This document shows, piece by piece, positions 19,748 through 29,873 of a stretch of DNA of 64,000 nt. This DNA is from Candidatus Poribacteria bacterium. Lineage in GTDB: Bacteria > Poribacteria > WGA-4E > PCPOR2b. A model generated the notes under the pieces. It saw nothing but the letters and a program-made list of their open reading frames with translations. It was not told the DNA's origin and ran no database searches. Location of the stretch: contig OZ242351.1 of assembly GCA_965208675.1 (NCBI GenBank), positions 4,480,001 through 4,544,000 on the forward strand, in the 5' to 3' direction. The stretch's first letter is position 1; each line of letters begins with the position of its first letter. The position numbers were made by a program, and so were the translations under genes.

Positions 19748-21460
19748 CTATTTTATCGCTGTGTTTGGATTTTTCGTCCGCTTGACAGCCGCTTTAATGA
19801 GAACAAAAGAGATTATTAGGACGATTAGCAGGACCCCGGTGATTCCTTTCACGAATGCAAAGGCTTTTTGCTTTTTGACATATTCCAAGGTAGCTTGCGC
19901 CTCTTCATTATTGGCGTCTAAGGTTAGCGCGGCTTTAAGATGTATTGCTGATTTCTTGTAATTCCGATTCTTGAGGTAGACGTGCCCTAAGCTGTTATGC
20001 GCTTGAGCGTTTTTCGGGTTCATCTCTAGCAGTTTTTGATATGTTAGAATTGCGCCGTCTAAGTCTTCGGCTAAGCGTTTTTGCCAGCCAGCTTGCGACA
20101 AGGCTGCTTCCAGATTTTGGCTGGCATGCCAACTATCCGGGTGGTACTCCAACGACCGTTCATAGCAACGTATCGCACTCGTCCAATCTTCGTCGCGCGC
20201 CTGTTGTGCGCCTAAATTATTCAATGTCGATGCAATGCCCGCTCGCACGGCTGCGTCATGGGAATCAATCTCCAATGCACGGAGAAAAATTTCCAAAGCC
20301 TTTCGATAATCTCCTGCCGCATCGTAAGTAACGGCGAGATCCTGCAGCAGAATATTGGAGTACGGATACCGCGTAAGCCCGTCATTCAGGCGGTTGATTG
20401 CCGGTGAAAACTGCTTTGCCTGCAGTAGTTGAATTCCCCACCGGTGGTAAGTTGCCAAGAGGTTATTGTTCAGCTCGGACGAATCGGGAGCAAGCCGTAA
20501 CGCACGCTGAAAGAAGTTCACTGCCTGACTGAATTCGCCTTGAAGCACCGAAATGCTGCCGAGAGCTCCAAACACTTCAGCGGTGGGTTTTGTGCGTGAC
20601 GCAATTTTATAATGCGCAATAGCCAAGTCATACATCCCCTTCGATTGGAAGATTTGAGCGAGTTGAACTGCAGAAATATGGAAGGATGGATTAATCTCAA
20701 GGGCTTTTTGAAATGCATCAATGGCTGCGTGATAATCGCCGAGATCGGCCTGAACCATTCCAAGCGCGTAGTAGGTGTGGGCTGTGGATGGCGAAGTTTT
20801 TATTTCTTCTTGAAGTACGCTGATAGCCTTGCCGTGAAAAGATGTGTTTAGAGGTGTTTCTCGCACCTTCATCCATGTCGCCGTATCTCGTGCTGTCGGC
20901 TCTTGAGCGGTCGCAGCGAAATACATCACATCATTTGGGTTATCACTGTGTCCCCACAATCCAATGGCGTGCCCAATCTCATGCAGCATCACGGCCTGCA
21001 CCACATTCGGCGAGAGTAATTCCAGTTTCGTGTCGTTCTGTAGAAATATCTCAATTTCGACATGAAATCCGTCCGCGTTTCGGATTAATACCGCCTCACC
21101 GATATTCTTATACATCCCGGCTCGACCTCGCTGATGAACCCACTTGATACGAATATCTGCCGCCGCCGGGGTTGGCAAAATCCGAAATTGTAGATGCCCT
21201 TTGGTTGCCGCACGCCATAAGTCTAGAGATTGATTCAGCGCATGACGGTAGACCTCTGCTAAATCCGGCGCAAGTGGAATCGCTTCCGTATAGACTGATA
21301 TTATTTCCTGGTCAAACCGCGTCAGACGCCCATTGGAAGCGGTGGTAATTCGATCAAAATAGTCATCCGCACCGACAGCATTTCCAATGAGGATATACAC
21401 AACAGATGTAATTAGTCCTAAAATCCGCGAATCCTGAATTTCGTAAAAACGGTTTGCCAT
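19748..21460 (-). CDS. matrixin-like zinc metallopeptidase with multiple TPRs and a C-terminal TM anchor
   Basis: HEIGHAIGLWGHS zinc motif and DVMY Met-turn; TPR repeats; N-terminal signal-like segment; C-terminal hydrophobic helix plus basic tail. Confidence 0.85.
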   Translation of the reverse strand: MANRFYEIQDSRILGLITSVVYILIGNAVGADDYFDRITTASNGRLTRFDQEIISVYTEAIPLAPDLAEVYRHALNQSLDLWRAATKGHLQFRILPTPAAADIRIKWVHQRGRAGMYKNIGEAVLIRNADGFHVEIEIFLQNDTKLELLSPNVVQAVMLHEIGHAIGLWGHSDNPNDVMYFAATAQEPTARDTATWMKVRETPLNTSFHGKAISVLQEEIKTSPSTAHTYYALGMVQADLGDYHAAIDAFQKALEINPSFHISAVQLAQIFQSKGMYDLAIAHYKIASRTKPTAEVFGALGSISVLQGEFSQAVNFFQRALRLAPDSSELNNNLLATYHRWGIQLLQAKQFSPAINRLNDGLTRYPYSNILLQDLAVTYDAAGDYRKALEIFLRALEIDSHDAAVRAGIASTLNNLGAQQARDEDWTSAIRCYERSLEYHPDSWHASQNLEAALSQAGWQKRLAEDLDGAILTYQKLLEMNPKNAQAHNSLGHVYLKNRNYKKSAIHLKAALTLDANNEEAQATLEYVKKQKAFAFVKGITGVLLIVLIISFVLIKAAVKRTKNPNTAIK

Positions 21461-21640
21461 AGCTTGGACTTTCGCGCGCCTTAGCGTTTTTGCATTTCGC
21501 CTCTCTGTCTTCTGGGTTTTACACTTGTTGACTCCACGCCGCAGTTGCCCGTTGTCAGTCGTACACCATCAATCAGTGAATTGCAATGGTATCACTTTGA
21601 TTCGTCCTTTGTCAATTGTCTTTCATTAGACAAAAATGGA

Positions 21641-21669
21641 TTGACAGCGGATTGGCGCATTGCTATAAT
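21641..21669 (+). promoter_or_regulatory. consensus sigma70 promoter with extended -10
   Basis: TTGACA-17 bp-TATAAT, preceded by TGc. Confidence 0.85.
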
Positions 21670-21828
21670 GCAAATTCTTGAGTGGGTGAGTAGTGAGAAT
21701 CATGAAACGGTCTAAAATGGCTACTGTAGCCTTCACTTTACAAAAACCACCGGTACAGCAAGTTTTTGCAGCGGGTGCAAGATTATATCAAAAACAAGCG
21801 TGGGACGTGAGGTTAGAACGATAACGCT

Positions 21829-22791
21829 ATGAAAATTTTAGTCCGCTTGTCTCTTGTTGGTAATTTCCGGCACTTGGTTCGGGACGCTGCTGGCGATAAT
21901 ACTGTTGTGTTTGCAAATTCAGACGCAGACTCGCTCCATATCGAAGGCGTTGACGCGGAAGTTTATTGCGGGAATTGCAGTGAAGCGGAATTTCAACATC
22001 TGCCCAATGTGAAGTGGATGCAGTTCGGCAGTGCGGGGATGGATGCCTTTTTGTATCCCGCACTCCGGAACAGCGATGTGATCGTGACAAATGGCGCGGG
22101 GCTGTACGGACCAGAAGGCGCAGAACACGCGTTCGCGCTGCTGCTCAGTTTGACGAGGGGCATTCATCACTGCGCGCGTAATCAGACCAATCCCCCCGCT
22201 GACAATCCATCAATTCAATGCGGCAGAGTTTGGGGGACGGAAATTAACGGCTGGACGCTTGGGGTTATTGGTATAGGCGGGTTTGGGCTAAACATGGCAA
22301 GAATCGGCAAAGGTTTTAATATGCGCGTCATTGCCGTAGATGCATACCGCACCGATAAACCAGACGCCGTCGATGAACTAACCCCGTTGGACGGGCTTTC
22401 AGACTTGATGCGCAGCGCCGATGTAGTGATGACTGCTTGCCCGTTAACAGCGGAGACTCACCATCTGATTAATGCTGACAATTTAGCGCTGATGAAACCA
22501 ACGGCCTATGTAATCAATGTCACTCGCGGCGGGGTAATCGACGAGTCTGCCCTTATTGAAGCCCTTAAAGAGGGTAAGATTGCCGGTGCGGGGCTAGACG
22601 TTGTTGAAATTGAGCCGCTAGCTGAAGACAGCCCGCTTCGAAATATGGATAATGTCGTCCTTTCTCCTCACTGGGCTGGCATTTCGCAGCAGTCGCCGCA
22701 TCGGTTCGCCGCGTTGTTTTGCGAGAATCTGAGGCGGTATTTAAACGGTGAACCGTTGAAAAACGTCGTAGATAAACAGCTCGGATTTTAG
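21829..22791 (+). CDS. D-2-hydroxyacid dehydrogenase
   Basis: GVIGIGGFG, PLTAET, INVTRG, AGLDV..EP, SPH. Confidence 0.9.
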   Translation: MKILVRLSLVGNFRHLVRDAAGDNTVVFANSDADSLHIEGVDAEVYCGNCSEAEFQHLPNVKWMQFGSAGMDAFLYPALRNSDVIVTNGAGLYGPEGAEHAFALLLSLTRGIHHCARNQTNPPADNPSIQCGRVWGTEINGWTLGVIGIGGFGLNMARIGKGFNMRVIAVDAYRTDKPDAVDELTPLDGLSDLMRSADVVMTACPLTAETHHLINADNLALMKPTAYVINVTRGGVIDESALIEALKEGKIAGAGLDVVEIEPLAEDSPLRNMDNVVLSPHWAGISQQSPHRFAALFCENLRRYLNGEPLKNVVDKQLGF

Positions 22792-23057
22792 AAATAACCG
22801 GCGGGAATTTTTCCCCTTGTGCACGTCCCTCCTACCGCCCTCATACCCAGACCAACAAGCGCTACTGCCATGGCTGCACCAATCCGCGGTTTCAGGCATC
22901 CGGATTTATTTTCTAGGCGGTGATCCAGGAATTCGCTATTGAAATCCTACCTTGATAAAATTCTAACTAAACAACCAGTATGCCCATTTTTGAGTTTGAA
23001 AAATGTATGATAAATTTTGGAAATAAAAAAAATGTAATTTGATGAGGAGAAAATCGC

Positions 23058-24125
23058 GTGGCAGAGATGAAAGTAAAGCCCCAGTGTGTAAAAGACTTCT
23101 GCGTGTGCGCCTTAGAAAAGGCCGGGATGGCATCCGACGACTCTCGCATCGCTGCAGAGGTGCTTGTAACCGCGGACATGAGGGGAACCACAACGCACGG
23201 CACCATCGGATTAAGAGGGTATATCAGGCAGATACGGGAAGGCGGAATGAACCCCAAAGCCGTTATCGAAATTGTTCGCGGTGGGCCGACATGGGCGGTT
23301 ATAGACGGACACGCTGGATTGGGCGTGGTGACATCGTTCAAGGCGACGCAGCTCGCAATAGCCAAAGCAAAATCAAATACTGTTGGCATGGTTTGGGTCA
23401 AAAACAGCAACCACTTCGCGGCAGCCGGGTATTACGCCAAGATGTGCGCTGAAGCGGACATGATTGGATTGGCGATGACAAACGCAGACATTTCGCTCAG
23501 CGCTCCGGGTTCCGCGGGCCGGGTCATCGGAAATAACGCGTTTGCTTACGGAGCGCCGGCGGGAGCGGCGCCCCCGGTCAATCTGGATATTGCGATGGGT
23601 GTGGTCGCCGGCGGCAAGGTACACGCCGCCGCAAGAGAGGGCAAAAGTATTCCGTTGGGATGGGCAATAGACCGTCAAGGGGTGCCTACGACCGACCCCA
23701 AAAAGTATGAGGAGGAAGGCGGCGCAACGGTTCCCTTGGCGGGGCATAAGGGTTTTGGACTGGCGCTGCTGATCGAAATTCTCGCCGGCGTCATGACGGG
23801 CGGCGGGATACGGACGGAATTGAAATCTTACGCCCAACATCCCGAAAGCCCAAGCGATATAGGGCACTTCTTTATGGCTATCGACACTGGGCCCATCATG
23901 CCGATTGAGGAATTCAAAGTCCGCATGGATAGTTTGATAACTGGAATTAGCTCGTCGCCCAAAGCGCAGGGGGTGGACCGCATTTGTCTCCCGGGTGAAA
24001 TGGAATATGAACGGGAAGAAAAAGCAAAAACAGAGGGATTCGTTCTTGATGACGGTGCAATGGCCAATCTCAAAGGGTTGGCACAGGATTTGGGGTTGGA
24101 AGACGTAGGATTCTGGCATCAATAG
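23058..24125 (+). CDS. Ldh_2 family oxidoreductase (malate/L-lactate/ureidoglycolate dehydrogenase-like)
   Basis: ADMRG..THG, NSNHFAAAGYY, GHKGFGL, LPGE. Confidence 0.9.
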   Translation: MAEMKVKPQCVKDFCVCALEKAGMASDDSRIAAEVLVTADMRGTTTHGTIGLRGYIRQIREGGMNPKAVIEIVRGGPTWAVIDGHAGLGVVTSFKATQLAIAKAKSNTVGMVWVKNSNHFAAAGYYAKMCAEADMIGLAMTNADISLSAPGSAGRVIGNNAFAYGAPAGAAPPVNLDIAMGVVAGGKVHAAAREGKSIPLGWAIDRQGVPTTDPKKYEEEGGATVPLAGHKGFGLALLIEILAGVMTGGGIRTELKSYAQHPESPSDIGHFFMAIDTGPIMPIEEFKVRMDSLITGISSSPKAQGVDRICLPGEMEYEREEKAKTEGFVLDDGAMANLKGLAQDLGLEDVGFWHQ

Positions 24126-24174
24126 GCAAGATGTCAATTCCCACCGCATCGTAAACAGAAAAGAGGTCTGTTTA

Positions 24175-24975
24175 ATGGCTGTAAATTACACCGTGAGACT
24201 AAATTTGAATTTTTTCATCCTTTGCCAGTTGGCTTTGATGTTTCTAGTTGCGACGCAATCGCCATCGCCGGCGAATGAACAGAGTGCAGACATTGATGTC
24301 AAAGTTATCATCCGTGCGGTCGATGAACTCTATCGGAGTCAGACCAGCCGTGCGGATATTGAGATGCAGATTGTTACGCCCCATTGGGAAAGAGCTTTGG
24401 CTTTGAAAGTTTGGACAAAGGGGATGGATCGGACGTTCATCTTGATTACATCACCCAAAAAAGAGAAGGGCGTTGCCACCTTGCGGATTGGAAATGAAAT
24501 GTGGAATTATCTTCCCAAAACCAACAAGGTGATGAAAGTGCCGCCGTCAATGATGATGGGATCTTGGATGGGTTCTGACTTCACGAATGACGACCTTGTC
24601 AAAGAGTCATCGATGCTCAATGACTACACCTACGAACTCATCACACCGAGGGATGCCCAACCTAACCATCTCTACATTCAGTTGCTGCCAAAGGAAGATT
24701 CACCGATTGTCTGGGGCAAACTTATCGTCGCAATCCGAGAGAGCGATAAGATTCCGATTTGGCAGCATTTTTATGACGAAACGGACCGTCTGACACGAGT
24801 TCTGAACTTTAAAGAGGTCGAATCATTCAACGGAAAGACCATACCTTCAGTGATGGAGATGATACCACAGAACAGAGAGGGACACAAAACCGTTGTAAGA
24901 TTTGTAGATGCCGCATTTGACACGGAGATTGACGAAAAAATCTTCACCCGCCGAAACCTCCAGAAGCAGAGATAG
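24175..24975 (+). CDS. LolA-like outer-membrane lipoprotein-sorting protein
   Basis: Signal peptide; KGVATLR..EMWNYLP, SWMGSDFTNDDL, FTRRNL. Confidence 0.82.
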   Translation: MAVNYTVRLNLNFFILCQLALMFLVATQSPSPANEQSADIDVKVIIRAVDELYRSQTSRADIEMQIVTPHWERALALKVWTKGMDRTFILITSPKKEKGVATLRIGNEMWNYLPKTNKVMKVPPSMMMGSWMGSDFTNDDLVKESSMLNDYTYELITPRDAQPNHLYIQLLPKEDSPIVWGKLIVAIRESDKIPIWQHFYDETDRLTRVLNFKEVESFNGKTIPSVMEMIPQNREGHKTVVRFVDAAFDTEIDEKIFTRRNLQKQR

Positions 24976-25082
24976 CTTGCGGGCATATATGTATAAATCA
25001 ACATGCGAGTTTTTATGTTTCATTGCTAAACTGGCTTTTATACCGCTTACGCATTACTTTTTACGCATTATTATTTTGCGTT

Positions 25083-26300
25083 ATGATGACACTCAAGATT
25101 GCATTCCGCAATATCTTCCGTCAAAAACGACGCACCATATTAACCGCACTTGCGATGATTGTCGGATTTGCACTCTCGTCCGTGTTCATAGGATGGTCCG
25201 ATGGCGCGTATTCCGATATAATCGAGATGTTTACGAAGAACCGCATCGGGCATATTCAGGTGCATCAACGTGGTTATCTTGATAAACCCTCGCTCTACAA
25301 AACGATGGACGACTACGAATCAGTCGGAGAAACCATCGGGCGTGTGAAGGGCGTAGCGGCGTGGACGCCGCGGGTGTATTCAGCGGGGCTTGGTTCGGTC
25401 GGCGAAAAAAGCACCGCTGTGCAAATTATCGGGGTTGATGCGGCGCGTGAAGTCGAAGCAACCCGATTTGACAAGAAAATTATTGATGGCAGAAAATTCT
25501 CGGTGCAGCCTGCGCGTGAAGCGGTATTGGGCAAAGGGCTTGCACGGGTGCTTTCTGCAACGGTCGGCGGCGAAATCGTGATTGTTTCGCAGGGCGCCGA
25601 CGGTTCAATCGCCAATGAACTGTATGAGATTGTTGGGATTGCAGAAAGCGTCGACGACATTACGGATCGGACGGCGTGTTATCTGCACATCGGAGACGCG
25701 CAGGGGTTACTTGTGCTTGAAGGGCGCTGCCACGAAATTGTCGTGATTGTGTCCAACATCAGTCGAGTCCACAAAATCACGAAAGCAATTGAAGCCAATC
25801 TTAATGATTCGATGCTCGATGTTTCCCCTTGGCAGGTGGTCGCCAAAGCTTTCTATCGGGCGATGCAGGCGGACAAGCAGGGAGATGCCATCGGACGGAT
25901 TATCATCATGCTCATCGTCGCTATCGGTGTGTTGAATACGGTGCTGATGTCGGTGCTGGAGAGGACAAGCGAATACGGTGTGTTAAGGGCGGTCGGAACG
26001 AAATCGGCGCAAATCTTTTGGTTGGTGATTTGTGAAGTGCTCATCATTGCCCTCGGCAGCATCGCTGTCGGCGCTTTACTCGGTGCTTCAATCAACCATC
26101 TACTTTCGATATACGGTATTACCATGCCCCAGGAGTTTACTTACGGCGGTATCAAATTTCAGACGATGTACGCCGAGGTTAATGCAAGAAGCCTCATTAT
26201 TCCTGCAATTACCGTTGTTCTCGCGGCAGCGGTTGTCAGTCTGTTTCCGGCGCTGACGGCGGCGCGCATTCTGCCGGCGAGGGCGATGCGAGCGAATTGA
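25083..26300 (+). CDS. ABC permease, LolC/E-FtsX-MacB family
   Basis: AFRNIFRQKRRTILT, NTVLMSVLERTSEYGVLRAVG. Confidence 0.9.
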   Translation: MMTLKIAFRNIFRQKRRTILTALAMIVGFALSSVFIGWSDGAYSDIIEMFTKNRIGHIQVHQRGYLDKPSLYKTMDDYESVGETIGRVKGVAAWTPRVYSAGLGSVGEKSTAVQIIGVDAAREVEATRFDKKIIDGRKFSVQPAREAVLGKGLARVLSATVGGEIVIVSQGADGSIANELYEIVGIAESVDDITDRTACYLHIGDAQGLLVLEGRCHEIVVIVSNISRVHKITKAIEANLNDSMLDVSPWQVVAKAFYRAMQADKQGDAIGRIIIMLIVAIGVLNTVLMSVLERTSEYGVLRAVGTKSAQIFWLVICEVLIIALGSIAVGALLGASINHLLSIYGITMPQEFTYGGIKFQTMYAEVNARSLIIPAITVVLAAAVVSLFPALTAARILPARAMRAN

Positions 26301-26314
26301 AGCCAGTAATCAGC

Positions 26315-26341
26315 AACCGAGTTTTTGCCGAAAACTCGGTT
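26315..26341. repeat. perfect 11-bp hairpin (REP-like or intercistronic stem)
   Basis: AACCGAGTTTT-TGCCG-AAAACTCGGTT. Confidence 0.55.
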
Positions 26342-26379
26342 TCTCTTATCACGTTCATCAAATTTCACGGCGTAAAATC

Positions 26380-27609
26380 ATGTGGCTAATACTCGTTAAA
26401 TTGGCTTGGAGAAATCTGTTTCGAAATAAACGGCGCACCATCATAGCTTCGATAGCGATTGGTATTGGACTGGCCGCGCTAATCTTTACCGATGCATTGT
26501 GGGTTGGGATGGAGCGGAACATGGTCGAAACTGCCACTGCCTCGTTTCTCGGCGACGGACAGATTCATCGGGCAGGCTTCCGCGAAGCGCAGGCAGCCGA
26601 AATGACTATCAATGAACTTGGAAAAGTGGTGGGCGATCTCTCGCAGGAAGCAATTGTTGGACGTTTCTCACTCCGAACGTTCGCCTTTGGGATGATTACC
26701 TCCGCAGCAAATGTCAGCGCAATTAGCCTTGTGGGGGTCCAACCGCAGACAGAACGGCACTTATCCCAAATTGATGACGCCATCACGGAAGGGGCGTACT
26801 TTGAAGGAGACCAAAACCGCGATATAGTGATTGGTGCGAAGCTGGCGGAACTGCTTGAGGTTACGCTTGGCAATCGGGTAGTCGTTACCTTGGCTCAGTC
26901 GGAGAGCGGCGATTTGTCACAAGAGATGTTTCGGATTTCAGGGATCTACCGTTTTGGGGATGAAGCAATGGAGAGCGGCATGGCGTTTGTAGGCTTGGCG
27001 AAAGCCCAAGAGATGCTTGCCATCGGTTCCGAAGTGCATGAGATTGCTATCAAATTTACGGATACAAAATACGGACAGGATACAGCTTCGACATTTTGGG
27101 AGCGGTATTCCCAGCACGGCAACGAAGCGGTAAGTTGGACGGAAATTTTGCCCCAACTACAAGCCGCATTTGAGATGTCCAAGTACAGCAAATACATCAT
27201 GGGCGTTATCCTCTTTGGTGTTGTTGTGTTTGGGATTATCAACACGCTTTTTATGTCGCTGTATGAGCGGATGTTCGAGTTCGGTGTCTTACGTGCCGTT
27301 GGCACCCGCCCTTTTGGTATGGCGCGACTGATATTGTTTGAAGCCGGAGCGTTAGCAATTGTGAGTATCGTCCTCGGCACTATCCTCGGTATCGCCTTGA
27401 CGTGGATATTCGCGATGGTCGGGATCGATTACACCGGCATTGAAATGATGGGTGTGACGATACGAGACCTCATCTATCCCGTCGTGACGATTCAGCCGTT
27501 CATTTTATATTCCATCTGGGTATTTATCTTCACCATTATCACAGGGCTGTATCCGGCGAGATATGCGGCGAAGATAGCCCCAGCGGCCGCGATGCGAAGG
27601 AGTTTTTGA
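26380..27609 (+). CDS. ABC permease, LolC/E-FtsX-MacB family
   Basis: AWRNLFRNKRRT, NTLFMSLYERMFEFGVLRAVG. Confidence 0.9.
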   Translation: MWLILVKLAWRNLFRNKRRTIIASIAIGIGLAALIFTDALWVGMERNMVETATASFLGDGQIHRAGFREAQAAEMTINELGKVVGDLSQEAIVGRFSLRTFAFGMITSAANVSAISLVGVQPQTERHLSQIDDAITEGAYFEGDQNRDIVIGAKLAELLEVTLGNRVVVTLAQSESGDLSQEMFRISGIYRFGDEAMESGMAFVGLAKAQEMLAIGSEVHEIAIKFTDTKYGQDTASTFWERYSQHGNEAVSWTEILPQLQAAFEMSKYSKYIMGVILFGVVVFGIINTLFMSLYERMFEFGVLRAVGTRPFGMARLILFEAGALAIVSIVLGTILGIALTWIFAMVGIDYTGIEMMGVTIRDLIYPVVTIQPFILYSIWVFIFTIITGLYPARYAAKIAPAAAMRRSF

Positions 27610-27675
27610 CGCGGTGTAATTGCTCGGATGAGAGTTTGGAACAAAATGCACCGCGGAATTCGTTGGGAGCGAAGG

Positions 27676-28371
27676 TTGACGAATATTGATGTCATTGTCA
27701 CAGAAAGCATTACAAAGGTGTATGCGGAAAATGGTGTGCCTGTCGAAGCCCTTCGGGGCGTGGATTTGACGATTCGGTCGGGCGAGCTCACGGCGTTCGT
27801 GGGACCGTCGGGGTCGGGGAAGACTACGCTTCTCAACATTATTTCCGGGCTGGATGCGCCGACAGCGGGGAAGGTCTGGTTGTCGGGCAAGTTGCTGTCA
27901 GGCATGAGCGGCAATGACTTGTCCGATTTTCGCCGTGACAACATCGGCTTCATCTTTCAGGCATACAACCTTATTCCCGTGCTAACAGTGGAGGAGAACG
28001 TGGAGTACATTATGCTCTTGCAGCGCGTGTCCAAACCGGAGCGGCATAGGCGCGTTGCCGCAATGCTTGCAGAGGTTGGATTAGCGGGATATGCGGATCG
28101 AAACCCGCCGCAGCTCTCAGGCGGACAGCAACAGCGCGTCGCCATTGCACGGGCGATGGTTTCTGAACCTGCGATTATCCTTGCGGATGAGCCGACTGCG
28201 AACCTTGACTCCAAAACAGGTGCAGATCTGCTTGATATGATGAGCCACCTCAATGCGCAGACAAATATGACGTTCGTGTTTTCGACGCACGATCCAATGG
28301 TGATGGAGCGGGCGAGGCGTTTGATAACGCTGAAGGACGGAAAAGTTGAGAGCGACGAGAGCAATGGGTAG
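27676..28371 (+). CDS. ABC ATP-binding protein (LolD-like); start approximate
   Basis: Walker A GPSGSGKT, LSGGQQQRVAIARA, LADEPTANLD. Confidence 0.93.
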   Translation: MTNIDVIVTESITKVYAENGVPVEALRGVDLTIRSGELTAFVGPSGSGKTTLLNIISGLDAPTAGKVWLSGKLLSGMSGNDLSDFRRDNIGFIFQAYNLIPVLTVEENVEYIMLLQRVSKPERHRRVAAMLAEVGLAGYADRNPPQLSGGQQQRVAIARAMVSEPAIILADEPTANLDSKTGADLLDMMSHLNAQTNMTFVFSTHDPMVMERARRLITLKDGKVESDESNG

Positions 28372-29602
28372 CTTAGGCATCATCTGCCGAATGTACCTGT
28401 GGTGGACTATGATTTTGCTCTCAACCATCGCCTTTTCCAGTGAAAAATTTCAAATTGGTGGATATTACAAAAACTTTTCCATAGGCTTGGATTCTCGCTT
28501 ACCGGACGAACCAATTATCGGCGCGGTGAACAACCGAGTGCGGTTTAATTGGGCTTATGTTCCCGCCGATGCACTCTCGTTTGACCTCTCTTACGATATC
28601 GGGTCACGTATTCAAGACCCGTCACTGTTTTCTGAACCGCCAATCGAGGGTGCTGCCAATTCACTCCGCTACCGCGTTGTGGATCTTGATTCCGAAATCT
28701 ATCCGGGCGCAATCAACACAGTGGGAAGTTTCGGTCTATTTCAGAACTTAGACCGGGCTTCAATTGCATACAGCGGCGGTTTCGGCGACATCACAATCGG
28801 CCGCCAAGCCATCGCATGGGGGAGTGCGCGGATCGTGAACCCAACGGACGTTCTTGCCCCTTACGCCTACGATCAGCTGGATACGGAGGACCGAATCGGT
28901 GTGGATGCGGTACGGGTACAGATTCCGATTGGCGTGTTGGGAGAGTTTGATACCGGTTATGTTTTCGGGCAGGATGTAGCTTTTGAAAAGAGTGCCTTTT
29001 ACTTTCGGAGCCAGTTGAATGCGGCAGCGACTGATTTCTCAATTTTATTATTGGGGTTTCGTGAACATTTGATGACAGGCTTTGACATAGCGCGGGGTAT
29101 AGGCGGCGCCGGATTCTGGTTTGAAGGTGCTTACGTTTACGCTGACGCGTTCGAAGATGAAAATGGGGAGGAGGAAAACTACCTCCGCGCGTCAATAGGG
29201 TTGGACTACAGTTTCCGCGGGGTGATTTACGGATTCATTGAATATCATTTCAGCGGTGCAGGTGCAGGTAAACCGGCAGATTATCTCGCCAACCTTGCCA
29301 AACCGGCGAACACCGACGGCGCAGTCTACCTCATGGGCAGACACTATATTGTTCCCGGATTGACCTGCCACATAACGCCGCTCATCTCGTTGAGCAGCGT
29401 CGTACTATCGAAAGTCTCTGATCCTTCCGTATTTCCTTCTGTGCAAATTGAATACAATCTCGCACAAGATGTTTATCTCTCGGTTGGCGGATTCATCGGG
29501 ATTGGCAAACGCCCTGTAACTGAGGGGGAAGAATCACAATTCAGATCGGAGTTTGGCGGATATTCTAACGTCTATTTTCTTTCGTTTCGAATTTATTTCT
29601 GA
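28364..29602 (+). CDS. putative outer-membrane beta-barrel protein
   Basis: Signal peptide; IGRQAIAWG motif; alternating beta strands; C-terminal RIYF. Confidence 0.65.
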   Translation: MGSLGIICRMYLWWTMILLSTIAFSSEKFQIGGYYKNFSIGLDSRLPDEPIIGAVNNRVRFNWAYVPADALSFDLSYDIGSRIQDPSLFSEPPIEGAANSLRYRVVDLDSEIYPGAINTVGSFGLFQNLDRASIAYSGGFGDITIGRQAIAWGSARIVNPTDVLAPYAYDQLDTEDRIGVDAVRVQIPIGVLGEFDTGYVFGQDVAFEKSAFYFRSQLNAAATDFSILLLGFREHLMTGFDIARGIGGAGFWFEGAYVYADAFEDENGEEENYLRASIGLDYSFRGVIYGFIEYHFSGAGAGKPADYLANLAKPANTDGAVYLMGRHYIVPGLTCHITPLISLSSVVLSKVSDPSVFPSVQIEYNLAQDVYLSVGGFIGIGKRPVTEGEESQFRSEFGGYSNVYFLSFRIYF

Positions 29603-29666
29603 CGATCCGGCGATTTTCAATTTCCGCATCGTCGGATTAATTGCGCGATGCTTATAGAATATTTTC

Positions 29667-29695
29667 TTGCAAAAGGGAATCGAATATGCTATACT
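29667..29695 (+). promoter_or_regulatory. sigma70 promoter of the pyr operon
   Basis: TTGCAA-17 bp-TATACT with TGc extension. Confidence 0.7.
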
Positions 29696-29733
29696 TAAAA
29701 CCAGAGTTCAGCTATCGGTAGTTCAACAAATTT

Positions 29734-29849
29734 TCCTTTTTAATCTGATCCGGTGAGGTTGGAAAAGGGTGCAATACGTTTCACGCGATTATATTTATTG
29801 TTCATATTCTATTGTCAGATGACCTCCCTTTATTGAGGGAGGTTTTTTT
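29734..29849 (+). promoter_or_regulatory. PyrR-binding RNA attenuator with terminator
   Basis: CCTTTT..GATCCGGTGAGGTT..AAAAGG fits the PyrR loop consensus RUCCNGNGAGGYU; terminator ACCTCCCTT-TATT-GAGGGAGGT plus T run (29822-29849); GAGGTT can pair with GACCTC as an antiterminator. Confidence 0.85.
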
Positions 29850-29873
29850 ATGCGCCGGAATACCCGTACGATT

